Part shown: positions 34,275 through 45,413 of the stretch, piece by piece
Position numbering within the stretch: position 1 is the first letter of the stretch
Layout of the letters: the number at the start of each line of letters is the position of its first letter
From: Akkermansia muciniphila
Lineage (GTDB): Bacteria > Verrucomicrobiota > Verrucomicrobiia > Verrucomicrobiales > V1-33
Assembly: GCA_945861415.1 (NCBI GenBank)
Contig: CAMAUV010000003.1
Location: 64,781 to 128,780 of the forward strand
Reading direction: 5' to 3'
Length of the DNA: 64,000 nt
Notes under the pieces: model-generated
What the model saw: the letters and a program-made list of their open reading frames with translations, nothing else
The model's database searches: none
Told to the model about the DNA's origin: nothing
Program-made: the position numbers and the translations under genes

Positions 34275-34553
34275 TTACTTGGTAACCTTGGCGGTGTGAG
34301 CCCCGTGACCCTTGAAGATACGGGTAGGAGAGAACTCACCGAGTTTGTGACCGACCATGTTTTCAGTCACATAAACGTTCACGAAGTCCTTGCCATTGTG
34401 GACGAGGAAGTTGTGACCTACGAAGTCGGGCGTGATCATCGATGCGCGGGCCCACGTCTTGATCGGACGCTTTTGACCGGCTTCGTTGAGCTTGTCGATT
34501 TTGATCAGGAGCTTCTGATTGACGAAAGGTCCTTTTTTGAGGGAGCGGCCCAT
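34275..34553 (-). CDS. rpsS: 30S ribosomal protein S19
   Basis: [16 protein letters not shown]...[29 protein letters not shown]. Confidence 0.95.
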   Translation of the reverse strand: MGRSLKKGPFVNQKLLIKIDKLNEAGQKRPIKTWARASMITPDFVGHNFLVHNGKDFVNVYVTENMVGHKLGEFSPTRIFKGHGAHTAKVTK

Positions 34554-34587
34554 GAGGATAAGTGGTTAGTTCCTTGATTGAGGTGGA

Positions 34588-35433
34588 TTAGCCGTTCTTT
34601 TTGGCATTGCGGCGCTGAACGATGAATCGGTCAGTCTTGTGATGCTTTTTGCGGGTCTTTTGGCCCTTCGCGTGGCCCCATGGGCTGAGAAGGTGCTGGC
34701 GACCACCACCAGACTTCGAACGACCTTCACCACCGCCGTTGGGGTGGTCGACAGGGTTCATGGTCATACCGCGTACGGTTGGACGAATGCCCTTCCAGCG
34801 GGTACGGCCGGCTTTGCCAGAAACAACGTTCATGTGTTCGGAGTTTCCGATCACACCGACCGTGGCGTAGCACTTAATGTGCACGCGGCGTATTTCGCCG
34901 GAGGGCATCTTAAGCAGAGCATAGTCACCTTCGCGGTTATTCAGCATAGCGGACTGCCCGGCGGCGCGGGCGACACGGCCACCCTGGCCCGGTTTGAGTT
35001 CAACGCAGTGAATCGCGGTTCCGAGCGGAATGGAGGAAAGAGGGAGGGCGTTGCCAACGGCAGGAGCGGCTTTCTCTCCGGCGCTAACGGTAGCTCCAAC
35101 TTCAAGGCCCACGGGGGCAATGATATAGGCTTTGGTGCCATCCTTGTATTCCAGAAGTGCGATGCGCGCACTGCGGTTGGGATCATACTCTACGGAAACC
35201 ACTTTGGCCGCTTCGTCGCGCTTGAGACGCTTAAAGTCCACCATGCGGATCTTCTGCTTGTGACCGCCGCCGATGTGGCGGCAGGTAATCACGCCCGTGT
35301 TGTTTCGTCCGCCGGTCTTCTTCTTGGTGAAGAGAAGGGACTTCTCGGGTTTCTTCTTCGTCAGGCTGGAGTAGTCAGGCCACTCCTTGTAACGGTTGGA
35401 AGGGGTAATGGGATTGAAAGTCTTGAGTGCCAT
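34588..35433 (-). CDS. rplB: 50S ribosomal protein L2
   Basis: [22 protein letters not shown]...[15 protein letters not shown]. Confidence 0.95.
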   Translation of the reverse strand: MALKTFNPITPSNRYKEWPDYSSLTKKKPEKSLLFTKKKTGGRNNTGVITCRHIGGGHKQKIRMVDFKRLKRDEAAKVVSVEYDPNRSARIALLEYKDGTKAYIIAPVGLEVGATVSAGEKAAPAVGNALPLSSIPLGTAIHCVELKPGQGGRVARAAGQSAMLNNREGDYALLKMPSGEIRRVHIKCYATVGVIGNSEHMNVVSGKAGRTRWKGIRPTVRGMTMNPVDHPNGGGEGRSKSGGGRQHLLSPWGHAKGQKTRKKHHKTDRFIVQRRNAKKNG

Positions 35434-35470
35434 AACGTTAGGTCAGCTCGGCGTTGAAAAGGAGTGGGCG

Positions 35471-35755
35471 TTAGGTGAGGTCGATTTTTTCACCGGGGGC
35501 GAGCCGGACGATAGCCTTTTTCCATGAGGAAGTGACGCCAGCCTGAGCAGTGCGCTTGCGGCGGGCTTTTCCGTCATATCGCATGGTGCGGACGTGATCC
35601 ACCTTCTTGCCAAAGATGGATTTCACCGCCTGAGCGATTTCCAGTTTGTTGGCCTTGGTATCGACTTCGAACACGTATTCGTTGTTCAGCTCGGTGGCCA
35701 GAGCGGCCTTCTCGCTGAGACGGATGTTGCGGATGATTTGATAGACGTCTTTCAT
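35471..35755 (-). CDS. rplW: 50S ribosomal protein L23
   Basis: 94 aa. IRNIRLSEKA...FEVDTKANKLEIAQAVKSIFG. Abuts the rplD stop. Confidence 0.95.
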   Translation of the reverse strand: MKDVYQIIRNIRLSEKAALATELNNEYVFEVDTKANKLEIAQAVKSIFGKKVDHVRTMRYDGKARRKRTAQAGVTSSWKKAIVRLAPGEKIDLT

Positions 35756-36366
35756 TAGGCGGTCCTCCGGGCGAGGGTTTCCATAGCGTCAGCGGTTACG
35801 ACGATCTTGCGGTAGTTGAGCAGATGAATTACGTTGGCCTCATCAGCAGTCATGAGCAGGGCGGCAGCATGATTGCGGGCGGCGCGATAGGTGAGTTCGT
35901 CAAAGGCAGCCGCGATGATCAGGACCTTGGAGGCCTCGCCAGCGAGGGCGGCCAACTCCTTCAAGAAGCTTGCGGTGCGGCCGTCTTTAACTGTAAAGGT
36001 ATTGACGGTGAGCACGTCTCCGGCCTTGATACGCTCGGAGAGGGCTTTGCGGAAGGCGAGTTTTTTCGTCTTCTTGGAAACTTTCTTCGAGTAATCGCGG
36101 GGCTTCGGGCCGTGAGCCGTGCCGCCGCCAACACGGGTTGGGGAGCGCTTTTCACCCATGCGGGCGTTACCGGTACCCTTCTGGCGATACATTTTCTTGT
36201 TGGAGCCCGCGACTTCGCCGCGGCGCTTGGTGCAGGCGGTGCCGCTGCGGCCGTTAGCACGGATGGCGGTCACGGCATCGTGAACGGCTTGGGTGCCGCG
36301 GCCGTTTTCAATCACACCAATTTTGGCGGATTTCGCGGCGTCTAGAGTAAGGACTTGAGCTGCCAT
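35755..36366 (-). CDS. rplD: 50S ribosomal protein L4
   Basis: ..[36 protein letters not shown].. Operon position. Confidence 0.95.
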   Translation of the reverse strand: MAAQVLTLDAAKSAKIGVIENGRGTQAVHDAVTAIRANGRSGTACTKRRGEVAGSNKKMYRQKGTGNARMGEKRSPTRVGGGTAHGPKPRDYSKKVSKKTKKLAFRKALSERIKAGDVLTVNTFTVKDGRTASFLKELAALAGEASKVLIIAAAFDELTYRAARNHAAALLMTADEANVIHLLNYRKIVVTADAMETLARRTA

Positions 36367-36388
36367 GGTAGGTTACAAATCGTGAATG

Positions 36389-37036
36389 TTACTTGGCGGC
36401 GGGGGCCGGCTTTTTCTTGGCCGGACGAACGATCACAAGACCGCCTTTGGGGCCGGGAATACTGCCGCTGATGAGGAGGATTTGATCTTCCGGACGTGCG
36501 GCCACGACCTGAAGATTTTGCACCGTGCGATTGTCGACCCCCATGTGTCCGGGCATACGCTGGTTCTTCCAGACGCGGCCGGGAGTGAGTCGGCATCCGA
36601 TAGCGCCTGTGCGGCGGTGCATCATGGAACCGTGGGTCTGACGCTGACCGGAGAAGTTGTAACGCTTGACGACGCCAGCAAAACCGCGGCCCTTGGTAAC
36701 ACCAATGACGTCTACCCACTGTCCCTGGGCAAATTGGTCTACGTTGAGTTGGGTGCCGGCGGCGGGGGCGTCGGCTTCCACTCGGAACTCGCGAATATCA
36801 TACTTCGGAGTCGCGTTGTTCTTGGCGAAGTGGCCGGTTTGCGCCTTGTTGATTCGGCCGGGCTTCTTTTCACCGATGCCAACCTGCACAGCGGTGTAAC
36901 CGTCCTTGTCGGCGGTTTTAACCTGAATGATTTGATTGTCGCTGACATCGACGACGGTAACGGCGGTGGCCTTACCGGTGGCGTTGTCATACACATGGGT
37001 CATGCCCAGTTTTCTGCCGAGGAGTCCGAGGCTCAT
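36389..37036 (-). CDS. rplC: 50S ribosomal protein L3
   Basis: MSLGLLGRKLGMTHVY...GVTKGRGFAGVVKRYNFSGQRQTHGS. Confidence 0.95.
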   Translation of the reverse strand: MSLGLLGRKLGMTHVYDNATGKATAVTVVDVSDNQIIQVKTADKDGYTAVQVGIGEKKPGRINKAQTGHFAKNNATPKYDIREFRVEADAPAAGTQLNVDQFAQGQWVDVIGVTKGRGFAGVVKRYNFSGQRQTHGSMMHRRTGAIGCRLTPGRVWKNQRMPGHMGVDNRTVQNLQVVAARPEDQILLISGSIPGPKGGLVIVRPAKKKPAPAAK

Positions 37037-37077
37037 ATTCGGGTGACGAGTAAATTGTTAGGTGAAGGGAATGAAAA

Positions 37078-37386
37078 TCAGATCTTGATCTGAATATCCA
37101 CGCCGGCGGGAAGGTTGAGTTTTTTCAGTTCGTCGACAGTGCGGGCTGTGGGGTCAACGATGTCCATGAGGCGCTTATGAGTGCGCATCTCGAACTGGTC
37201 AGCGGATTTTTTGTCCGCGTGGACCGAGCGGTTGACGCTGAACTTTTCGATGCGGGTCGGCAGAGGGATAGGGCCTGCGACACGGGCACCAGTGCGTTTC
37301 GCTGTTTCCACGATTTCATGCACGCTCTTGTCGAGAACGCGGAAATCGAAGGCGCGGAGGCGGATGCGGATACGCTGATTTTGCAT
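37078..37386 (-). CDS. rpsJ: 30S ribosomal protein S10
   Basis: [47 protein letters not shown] 37386 is preferred over tracked 37422. Confidence 0.95.
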   Translation of the reverse strand: MQNQRIRIRLRAFDFRVLDKSVHEIVETAKRTGARVAGPIPLPTRIEKFSVNRSVHADKKSADQFEMRTHKRLMDIVDPTARTVDELKKLNLPAGVDIQIKI

Positions 37387-37408
37387 GGTAAAACGGTTGG
37401 GTTGAAAA

Positions 37409-39580
37409 TTATTGCTGGCCACCGCGACGATTGCCGCCGCGCTGTTCCACGATTTGTTCGACGATGTTGTTCGGGACCGGATCGAAGTGGCTGGGGGTCA
37501 TACTATAGTTGGCACGGCCCTGAGAAACAGTACGGATGGCAGTCGAATAACCGAACATTTCAGCCAGCGGCACGTCGGCGCGGATGATGGCTGCGTTGTC
37601 ACGGGACTCCAAACCGCTGATCTTTCCGCGGCGTTTGTTGAGGTCTCCCATGATATCACCTTGGTAGTCTTCCGGGGTCGTCACCTCCACAGCCATGATC
37701 GGCTCGAGCAACTGAGGTCCGCACTTTTTCATGGCTTCCTTGAAGGCAAAAATGCCCGCCATTTTAAATGCGTTTTCGTTGGAGTCCACATCGTGGAAGG
37801 ATCCATCGACGAGCTCAACATGAACATCGACAACAGGGTAACCGGCAACCACGCCATTTGTCATGGCATCCTCGATACCTTCGTAGGCTGGCTTCTGGAA
37901 TTCTTTAGGAATAGCCCCGCCCACGATCTTGTTTTCGTAGGTGAAACCCTTGCCCTTTTCGTTGGGCTTAACGTTGATCACGACATGCCCATACTGACCG
38001 CGTCCGCCGGACTGCTTGACCAGCTTTCCATGCACGTATTCGGCGGCCTTGGTGATCGTTTCACGGTAAGCGATCTGCGGCTTGCCGGAGGTCACTTCTA
38101 CTTTGAATTCACGCTTTAGGCGGTCGCAAATAATTTCGAGGTGCAACTCGCCCATACCGGCGATGATCGTCTGTCCCGTCTCCTCGTCTGTACGGACGAT
38201 GAAGGTAGGATCCTCGTCAGAGAGACGGGAGAGGGCGATGGCCATCTTCTCTTGGTCCGGCTTGCTGTTGGGCTCGACGGACATGCTGATCACTGGATCC
38301 GGGAAGGTCGGGGGCTCAAGCAGCATCTCGCGGTCTTCGTTACAGAGCGTATCACCGGTGCGGACGTCTTTGATACCCACGATAGCAGCGATGTCACCGG
38401 CGTAGCAGGTGTCGATATCTGTGTGTTGCGCGGCCTGAATCTGAATCAGACGGCCCACACGCTCACGTTTGCGGGTGCGGGGATTATAAATAGTGTCACC
38501 CTTGGTAACGGAACCGGAGTAAACTCGGAAGAAAACGAGTTTACCCACAAACTTGTCGGACCAGAGTTTGAAAGCTAGAGAACAGAACTTCTCATGATCG
38601 CTCGGCGCCGCCTCAATTTTGAGATTTTCATCGTCCGGGTCTTGACCCATCATCGGCTCTACGTCGAGAGGTCCCGGCAGGTAGTCCACCACTGAGTCCA
38701 TGAGGCCCTGCACGCCTTTATTCTTGAAGGCGGAACCACCGACGACGGGCACAATCTTGTTTGCGATGACCGCGCGGCGTAGACCGGCTTTCACGTCCTT
38801 CACATCAATGGGCTTCTCTTCGAGGAACATCATGCCGAGTTCATCGTCCACATCGCAGAGGGACTCTTTCAAATACTCGTAAGCGAGGTCCGCCTGAGCT
38901 TTCTGTTCTGGCGTGAGCGGTTGGCACTCGTAGGTCGAACCGAGTTTGTCGTTGTCGGAATATATGATGGCCTGCATGCCCACAACGTCGATTTGACCTT
39001 TGAGCTGGTCTTCAGCGCCGATGGGAATAAGGATCGGGCAGGCACGAGCACCGAGTTTGTTGCGGATGTCATCGACAACGCGGTCGAAGTTGGCGCCAGT
39101 TCGATCCATCTTGTTCACGAACGCCATCCGGGGCACCTTATATTTGGTGGCCTGACGCCAAACAGTCTCGGATTGAGGCTGAACACCGGCAACACCGCAA
39201 TACACAAGAATCACACCGTCGAGAACGCGAAGGGAGCGCTCCACCTCTGCCGTGAAGTCCACGTGCCCGGGGGTATCGATGATGTTGATCCGATGGTTGA
39301 TCCCCTCAAACATCTTAAACACACCGGGTGTAGGCAACTGCTTCCAGCTGGCGGTCACAGCAGCAGAAGTAATCGTGATGCCGCGTTCCTTTTCCTGCTC
39401 CATCCAGTCGGTGGTGGCGGCACCATCGTGCACCTCACCGATTTTGTGGATCATGCCGGTGTAGAACAGAATACGCTCCGTGAGAGTGGTCTTACCGGCG
39501 TCAATGTGCGCGGAAATACCAATGTTACGGGTGTGCTCCAGAGGAAACTGGCGCTTGGGGCTGTTCGGATTGACGGACAT
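37409..39580 (-). CDS. fusA: Elongation factor G
   Basis: [32 protein letters not shown] and NKMD. Full five-domain length (723 aa). Lies between rpsG and rpsJ. Confidence 0.95.
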   Translation of the reverse strand: MSVNPNSPKRQFPLEHTRNIGISAHIDAGKTTLTERILFYTGMIHKIGEVHDGAATTDWMEQEKERGITITSAAVTASWKQLPTPGVFKMFEGINHRINIIDTPGHVDFTAEVERSLRVLDGVILVYCGVAGVQPQSETVWRQATKYKVPRMAFVNKMDRTGANFDRVVDDIRNKLGARACPILIPIGAEDQLKGQIDVVGMQAIIYSDNDKLGSTYECQPLTPEQKAQADLAYEYLKESLCDVDDELGMMFLEEKPIDVKDVKAGLRRAVIANKIVPVVGGSAFKNKGVQGLMDSVVDYLPGPLDVEPMMGQDPDDENLKIEAAPSDHEKFCSLAFKLWSDKFVGKLVFFRVYSGSVTKGDTIYNPRTRKRERVGRLIQIQAAQHTDIDTCYAGDIAAIVGIKDVRTGDTLCNEDREMLLEPPTFPDPVISMSVEPNSKPDQEKMAIALSRLSDEDPTFIVRTDEETGQTIIAGMGELHLEIICDRLKREFKVEVTSGKPQIAYRETITKAAEYVHGKLVKQSGGRGQYGHVVINVKPNEKGKGFTYENKIVGGAIPKEFQKPAYEGIEDAMTNGVVAGYPVVDVHVELVDGSFHDVDSNENAFKMAGIFAFKEAMKKCGPQLLEPIMAVEVTTPEDYQGDIMGDLNKRRGKISGLESRDNAAIIRADVPLAEMFGYSTAIRTVSQGRANYSMTPSHFDPVPNNIVEQIVEQRGGNRRGGQQ

Positions 39581-39615
39581 TCTTCGGGAAAAGGTGAAAA
39601 AAGTTTTGGTAAGGA

Positions 39616-40089
39616 TTACCAGCGGAAGTGGGCAAAGGCGCGATTGGCCTGAGCGGTCTTGTGCATGTCATCACGCTTGCGGATGGCATTGCCCTGGTTA
39701 GAGGCGGCATCACGGATTTCGTTAGCCAGCGCTTGGTGCATCGGAGTGCCCTTCTTACTACGGGCAAAATTGATGATCCAGCGCATCGCAAGGGACTCGG
39801 ATCGGTCTGGCGCGACTTCCAGCGGCACCTGATACGTCGCACCGCCGACACGGCGGGCTTTCACTTCGAGGCGCGGTTTGGCATTTTCCACAGCGCGATT
39901 GATGACTTCCAGCGGGTCAACGGCTTCGGATTTTTCGTTCACCTTGTCGATGGCGGCGTAGAGGATGCGCTCCGCGATGGAACGCTTGCCGGAAGCCATG
40001 AGGCGGGTGATAAACTTGGCCACGAGGGCACTGTCGAAGCGTGAATCCCGCTGTTCGATTTTCTTATATACGCGCTTTCTGCGAGCCAT
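39616..40089 (-). CDS. rpsG: 30S ribosomal protein S7
   Basis: MARRKRV...[15 protein letters not shown]...NRAFAHFRW. Confidence 0.95.
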   Translation of the reverse strand: MARRKRVYKKIEQRDSRFDSALVAKFITRLMASGKRSIAERILYAAIDKVNEKSEAVDPLEVINRAVENAKPRLEVKARRVGGATYQVPLEVAPDRSESLAMRWIINFARSKKGTPMHQALANEIRDAASNQGNAIRKRDDMHKTAQANRAFAHFRW

Positions 40090-40126
40090 AAGCCTGTGAG
40101 TAAATTAGTTGGGTTAAAATGCGGGG

Positions 40127-40546
40127 TTACTTCTTCTTGGCCCCGCCCTTACCGGCGGCGGCGGCGGCTTGGCCCGGTTTCGGGCGTTTGGCACCATATT
40201 TAGAACGGCCACGGCGGCGCTTATCCACTCCGAGGCAGTCCAGAGAGCCACGAACGATATGATAGCGAACACCGGGAAGGTCCTTAACACGACCGCCGCG
40301 AACGAGGACGATGCTGTGCTCCTGGAGGTTGTGGCCTTCGCCGCCGATGTAGGCGATCACTTCAAAACCATTCGTCAGGCGCACCTTGGCGACTTTCCGG
40401 AGAGCCGAGTTGGGCTTTTTCGGCGTACGTGTCATCACCTGAAGGCAAACCCCGCGGCGCTGAGGGCAGTCTGCAAGAGCCGGCGATTTGGACTTCGTCG
40501 CTTTGTCACGACGGCCTTTATTGACGAGCTGATTGATGGTTGGCAT
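40127..40546 (-). CDS. rpsL: 30S ribosomal protein S12 (short Ala/Lys-rich C-terminal tail)
   Basis: [13 protein letters not shown]...[36 protein letters not shown]. Confidence 0.95.
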   Translation of the reverse strand: MPTINQLVNKGRRDKATKSKSPALADCPQRRGVCLQVMTRTPKKPNSALRKVAKVRLTNGFEVIAYIGGEGHNLQEHSIVLVRGGRVKDLPGVRYHIVRGSLDCLGVDKRRRGRSKYGAKRPKPGQAAAAAGKGGAKKK

Positions 40547-40911
40547 GGCTAGTTAAACTTTAAGGTATCTTCGTTGCATAAGAGATACCGGGCGAGCCAC
40601 AGCCATGCGCCAACCACACACTTGATGGGTAGGACAGCCTGTCACACATAGCAGCGTCTTTTCCGGTGCTGCTTCCGATAAATCCTATGCACCCTGGCAA
40701 AATGCGGCGGGCAGGAAGGAGGGGTGAGTCTGGCGCGTCAATTTCATCCCGCAACTGAAATTTCGATCTTTTTAGAAAAATTTTACCGCCCCACAGGATT
40801 GGGCCAAGGAGAGTGATAGCCCCAAAGATTGGGAGCACGCCGGTGCATCTTTGGATTCTGAGTCTCAACTTCGTCTCAAGCGGTAAACAGAGTCCAATTC
40901 GATCAACTGCC

Positions 40912-42888
40912 TCAGCCCAGCGCTGCCTTCACCGCATCCGCCGTCATTCCCAGTTCCTTCATTACGGTGTTGCCGGGGGCGCTGATGCCGAAGCGGTCGA
41001 TACCGAGGACTGCGCCTTGGGTGCCTACGTATTTCCACCAGAGGCAGGTGACGCCGGCTTCGATTGCGATGCGTTTGGTGCAGCTCGCGGGGAGGACTTC
41101 GTCTCTGTAAGACTGGGGCTGGCGGTCGAAACGCTCGAAGCACGGGAGGCTGACGACGCGGACGCCGGGATGGCCTTTGGCGGCTTCGACGGCCCACTGA
41201 ACTTCCGAGCCGGTGGCGAGGACAATGGCTGTAAGCGGGGCGGTTTCCTTGATCAGGATGTAGCCTCCTTTGAGTGTGCCATCCCGGCGGACGGCGGCAC
41301 TGGTGAAGCCCATGAGCGGCAGGTCCTGACGGCTGAGGGCGAGGAGCGTGGGGCCATCGGCGCGGCTGAAGGCGGCGGCAAAGGCGGCGGCGGTTTCCTC
41401 GGCATCGGCTGGGCGGATGACGTCGAGGTTGGGGATAACGCGGAGGCCGCTCACGGTCTCCACAGGCTGGTGCGTGGGGCCGTCTTCACCGACGCCGACG
41501 CTGTCGTGTGTGAAGATGTAGGTGACGGGTAGCTTGGCGAGGGCGGCGAGGCGGATACTGGGGCGGCAGTAGTCGGCGAAAACGAGAAAAGTCGCGCCGC
41601 TGGCGAGGAAGAGGCCGTCGTAGGCGATGCCGTTGCAGATGGCGCCCATGGCGTGCTCGCGGATGCCGAACCAGATATTGCGGCCCGTGGGGTTCGCTAC
41701 GGAGTAGTCGCCGCCGTCCTTGATGTAGTTTTTGGTGGAACCGAAGAGGTCGGCGCTGCCGGTGATGATCTGAGGGACGGCTTTGGCGATGTGGTTGAGG
41801 ATTTCGCCGCCGCAATTGCGCGTGGCGGATTTGCCCTCAGAGGGATATTCGGGGACGAGCTTGAGCAGGTCCTCGGCTTTCAGGCCACCAGTGCGTGCGG
41901 CATGCAGCTCAGCGGCCAGCGCGGGATTCGCGGCGGCCCATGCTTCGAAAGTCTTCTGCCATTCGGCGTGCGCGGCGGCGCGCTTGGATTTCACATCGGC
42001 GAAGTAGGCGCGCACATCGTCGCTGACGTGAAAATGCGTGCCCTCGGGAATGCCGAGCGCCTTTTTCGCTGCGTCAGCGAATTTCGCGCCGCCCTCACCG
42101 TGGCCCTTGGCGGTGCCAGCGACTTCCGGGATGCCTTTCGCGATGATCGTCTTCGCCACGATGATCTTCGGCTTGCCGTTGTCGTTCTTTTTCGCGGCCT
42201 CCACGGCGGCGGCGATAGCGCCAAGATCGTGGCCATCAATGGTAACAGCGTCCCAGCCGAGAGCTTCGTATACGGCGTGTGTGTTTTCGCTCTGCGTCAC
42301 ATTCGCCATGGCATCGAGCGTCACGTCGTTGCTGTCGAAGATCAGAATGAGGTTATCGAGCCCGCTGTGTGCGGCGAAGGCCACGGCTTCGCGCGCCACG
42401 CCTTCCTGGAGGCATCCATCGCCGGCAAGGGCGATGACGTGGTGGTCGATGATCGTGTGCTGCACGGTGTTGTATTTCGCCGCGGCCATCTTTCCGCTAA
42501 GCGCATAGCCCACGGCATTGCCCACGCCCTGACCCAGCGGGCCGGTGGTGCATTCCACGCCCTCGGTCTCATGGAACTCCGGGTGGCCCGGGGTGAGCGA
42601 GTGCAGCACACGGAAATTTTTCACCTCCTCCAGCGACAGATTATAGCCCGCGAGGTGCAGCCATGAGTAGATAAACATGGAGCCGTGGCCCGCGCTGAGG
42701 ATGAAGCGGTCGCGGTTCAGCCATTTCGCGTCGCCCGGGTCGCACTGGAGCGCGGAGCCGAAGAGCACTGCCCCGATTTCTGCCGAACCGAGCGGCAGGC
42801 CGAGGTGGCCAGACGAGCATTTGTGGACGGCGTCCATGGCGAGACCACGGGCTTCATTGGCGGCTTTGGCGAGGATGGCGGCGTTCAT
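40912..42888 (-). CDS. tkt: Transketolase
   Basis: [46 protein letters not shown] and [16 protein letters not shown]. Confidence 0.9.
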   Translation of the reverse strand: MNAAILAKAANEARGLAMDAVHKCSSGHLGLPLGSAEIGAVLFGSALQCDPGDAKWLNRDRFILSAGHGSMFIYSWLHLAGYNLSLEEVKNFRVLHSLTPGHPEFHETEGVECTTGPLGQGVGNAVGYALSGKMAAAKYNTVQHTIIDHHVIALAGDGCLQEGVAREAVAFAAHSGLDNLILIFDSNDVTLDAMANVTQSENTHAVYEALGWDAVTIDGHDLGAIAAAVEAAKKNDNGKPKIIVAKTIIAKGIPEVAGTAKGHGEGGAKFADAAKKALGIPEGTHFHVSDDVRAYFADVKSKRAAAHAEWQKTFEAWAAANPALAAELHAARTGGLKAEDLLKLVPEYPSEGKSATRNCGGEILNHIAKAVPQIITGSADLFGSTKNYIKDGGDYSVANPTGRNIWFGIREHAMGAICNGIAYDGLFLASGATFLVFADYCRPSIRLAALAKLPVTYIFTHDSVGVGEDGPTHQPVETVSGLRVIPNLDVIRPADAEETAAAFAAAFSRADGPTLLALSRQDLPLMGFTSAAVRRDGTLKGGYILIKETAPLTAIVLATGSEVQWAVEAAKGHPGVRVVSLPCFERFDRQPQSYRDEVLPASCTKRIAIEAGVTCLWWKYVGTQGAVLGIDRFGISAPGNTVMKELGMTADAVKAALG

Positions 42889-43050
42889 GTTAAAGTGAAT
42901 AGTTGGAGAGTTGGTTGGAAAATGCAGCCATCCCCACGACCATGCCAGCGGGAACCGGCTAGCGGGGATTAGCTAGCAGTTGGGAAGCAGGAGCTGCTAT
43001 TTCAAGCAACCGGCTTTTCCCCGGCGCAACAGGAATACAGCCAAGTCCTA

Positions 43051-43440
43051 CTAGCCACCACCGCCGCCGTCATCTTTTGATACACGAAGGAACTGGCGAC
43101 CCAGCGATGCTAAGGAATTGATGACGGCATGATTTGCTCCACCCCCGGTCCAAGGCTCCGCTGTGGACCAGTTCACGGGATCCTCCGAAAATTCCAATAA
43201 ATAGTCCTGATCGAGTTCAGTGGCCAACGTCGTGCTGATCTGACAAGTCACGGTGTTCTGAATGAAAGTGGCGATGGTGAGCGGTGTCGTGATGGCTGGT
43301 GCTGCTGGCCGTAGCCAGCGCGAGCCCACCCCCGGCGAGCGTGCAGGGGCCGTCGAAGGTGAGCGACTTCGCATTCTCCCCAGTGTTGAGCGTGAGCGAA
43401 CTGCTGAGGGCCGCCGGCAGGCTAGAATAGGGAGAGCCTC
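43051..43440 (-). pseudogene. 3' fragment of a large beta-strand-repeat surface protein gene (no 5' part, internal frame change)
   Basis: One frame reads ..LTLNTGENAKSLTFDGPCTLAGGGLALATASST, an autotransporter-associated beta-strand-repeat style. The next frame continues TIATFIQNTVTCQIS..DQDYLLEFSEDPVNWSTAEPW..GRQFLRV, the Y.LE.S.D...W...F.RV C-terminal pattern common in PVC surface proteins. Stops lie directly upstream of the first frame. Confidence 0.45.
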
Positions 43441-43614
43441 AATAATTTCATGGCGGTTAAGGTGGCGGAGCTAGTGTAACGGCTAATCTTTTCTAAAGAC
43501 CAAAAACGGGGACGGGATTTCAGTCATTTTTTGGACCGGAGCGACATTCGTGTCCTGTGTGTCTCCCTCCTTGACACCGATGCTGCCCTCCGCCCTCACT
43601 GCCGAACTTCAACG

Positions 43615-43689
43615 GCGCGGATAGCTCAGCGGTAGAGCGTCTGTCTTACACACAGATGGTCGGGGGTTCGAATCCCTCTCCGCGCACCA
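43615..43689 (+). tRNA. tRNA-Val (anticodon UAC), CCA encoded
   Basis: Hand-folded cloverleaf. Acceptor GCGCGGA/TCCGCGC. D arm GCTC-AGCGGTA-GAGC. Anticodon arm TCTGT-CTTACAC-ACAGA. Variable loop TGGTC. T arm GGGGG-TTCGAAT-CCCTC. Discriminator A plus CCA. Confidence 0.9.
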
Positions 43690-43754
43690 TTTCCTCCCGC
43701 ATCTGCGCGGGAGACAGCAATTGCCCTGCGGGCTCTGCTGGCGAAGTCGCGTCT

Positions 43755-45407
43755 ATGACATGGACGCAAATTTACGACCCTCTCGGCAGTTCCTTCCTCT
43801 CCACCGCCGCTGCGGCCCTGCCGGTGCTAGTGCTGCTAGGCGGCATTGCGCTGGGGAAAATGAAGATCCACACCGCCGCTCTGGCTGGCCTAGCGGCGGC
43901 GGTGCTTGTGGCGCTCGTAATTTACAAGATGCCGGTGGCGATGATCGCATCGGCTTCGGCTTATGGCGCGGCCTACGGACTGTTTCCCATTGGCTGGCTC
44001 ATCGTGAATTTGCTGTTCCTCTACGAGCTGACGGTACGGCGTGGACTATTCGAAGTATTGCAGCGCAGCCTTGCCGCCATTGCGCCGGACCCGCGGGTGC
44101 AGGTGATCCTCATCGCGTTCAGCTTCGGGGCCTTCTTTGAAGGCGCAGCGGGATTTGGCACGCCCGTGGCCGTGACAGCGGCGATCCTTATCCGGCTGGG
44201 CTTCCGGCCGCTCCAGGCGTGCTGCCTTTCGCTCATCGCAAACACCGCCCCTGTGGCGTTTGGTTCATTGGGCACGCCGATAATCGCCCTGGAAAAAGCG
44301 TCGGGCATTGACCTCATGACACTTTCAGCCATGGCCGGGCGGCAATTGCCGTTCTTTTCGCTGCTGGTGCCATTCTGGGTGGTGTGGGCATTCTGCGGCT
44401 GGCGGGGAATGCGCGGAGTGTGGCCTGCGGCGTTCACCGCGGGAGCCGCATTCGCCATACCGCAATATCTCGTGAGCAACTTCCACGGCCCGTGGCTCGT
44501 GGACATCGTGAGCAGTCTCGCCAGCATGGGCGCGCTGGTGCTGCTGCTTAAGCGCTGGCAGCCGCGGGACGGATGGCAGCCAACCGCGGGAGAAATGGAT
44601 GCGCGCAAAGAAACCACGGAGTGCCCCACCGTCGCCGAGCAGCGCCGTGCATGGACACCGTGGGTGCTGCTCGCCGTCATCGTCTTTGCGCTCGGCGCGC
44701 TGAAAGGCCCGCTGAAGAATCTCTGGTCGCCGTCGGTGAACATGCCGGCGCTGCATGAATCCGTCTATCGCAGCGCACCCGTGGCACCGACACCCACGCC
44801 GGAAAAACCCGCACAGCCGGAGAAGGCCTCGCTAGATCTCAACGTCCACAGCGCCACCGGCACGGGCATTCTTCTCGCCGCGATCATCAGCGGAATATGG
44901 CTGCGCTTCTCCATTGTCGAACTGCTCCGCATTTGGTTCTTCAGTCTGCACCGGGCGCGGTGGTCGCTGCTCACCATCGCCGCCATGCTGGGGCTGGGGC
45001 ACCTAACCAAATTCTGCGGCGCGGATGCCACCATGGGACTCGCCCTCGCAGCCACGGGACCACTCTATCCGTTCTTTGGAACGATGCTTGGCTGGCTGGG
45101 CGTGGCACTCACCGGCAGCGATACCGCTAGCAACGTCCTCTTCGGCAGCCTCCAGCGCATCACTGCAGAGCAGACCGGCATCAGTGCTCCGCTCATGTGT
45201 GCGGCAAACAGCACAGGCGGCGTGATGGGCAAAATGATCGACGCCCAGAGCATCGTCGTCGCGAGCACTGCGGCGGATTGCTACGGCATGGAGTCGCAGA
45301 TTCTCCGTCGCGTGTTCTTCCACAGCCTCGTGCTGGCCGCGCTCGTTTCTCTGCTGGTCACCCTCCAAGCCTACGTGTGGCCATTCACGCTGATGGTGAC
45401 GGAGTGA
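43755..45407 (+). CDS. lctP: L-lactate/glycolate permease (LctP family)
   Basis: MTWTQIYDPLGSSFLST...FSFGAFFEGAAGFGTPVAVTAAIL..L.ANTAPVAFGSLGTPI is closely parallel to LldP/GlcA. ATG 43755 is preferred because the tracked start 43656 overlaps the tRNA. Confidence 0.85.
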   Translation: MTWTQIYDPLGSSFLSTAAAALPVLVLLGGIALGKMKIHTAALAGLAAAVLVALVIYKMPVAMIASASAYGAAYGLFPIGWLIVNLLFLYELTVRRGLFEVLQRSLAAIAPDPRVQVILIAFSFGAFFEGAAGFGTPVAVTAAILIRLGFRPLQACCLSLIANTAPVAFGSLGTPIIALEKASGIDLMTLSAMAGRQLPFFSLLVPFWVVWAFCGWRGMRGVWPAAFTAGAAFAIPQYLVSNFHGPWLVDIVSSLASMGALVLLLKRWQPRDGWQPTAGEMDARKETTECPTVAEQRRAWTPWVLLAVIVFALGALKGPLKNLWSPSVNMPALHESVYRSAPVAPTPTPEKPAQPEKASLDLNVHSATGTGILLAAIISGIWLRFSIVELLRIWFFSLHRARWSLLTIAAMLGLGHLTKFCGADATMGLALAATGPLYPFFGTMLGWLGVALTGSDTASNVLFGSLQRITAEQTGISAPLMCAANSTGGVMGKMIDAQSIVVASTAADCYGMESQILRRVFFHSLVLAALVSLLVTLQAYVWPFTLMVTE

Positions 45408-45413
45408 TGAAAC

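Noticed and set aside
34639-35457. 272-aa plus-strand ORF, and the similar 36386-37093, 37412-38119, 38921-39652, 32428-33093 and 26010-26735
   Set aside because: All are antisense to unambiguous ribosomal protein, fusA or secY genes.
40560-40868. 102-aa minus-strand ORF upstream of rpsL
   Set aside because: It lies in the rpsL promoter/leader region with no motifs. The region more likely holds the str operon promoter and a leader hairpin (GGTATCT...AGATACC at about 40571-40596).
41653-42666. 337-aa plus-strand ORF
   Set aside because: It is antisense to transketolase.
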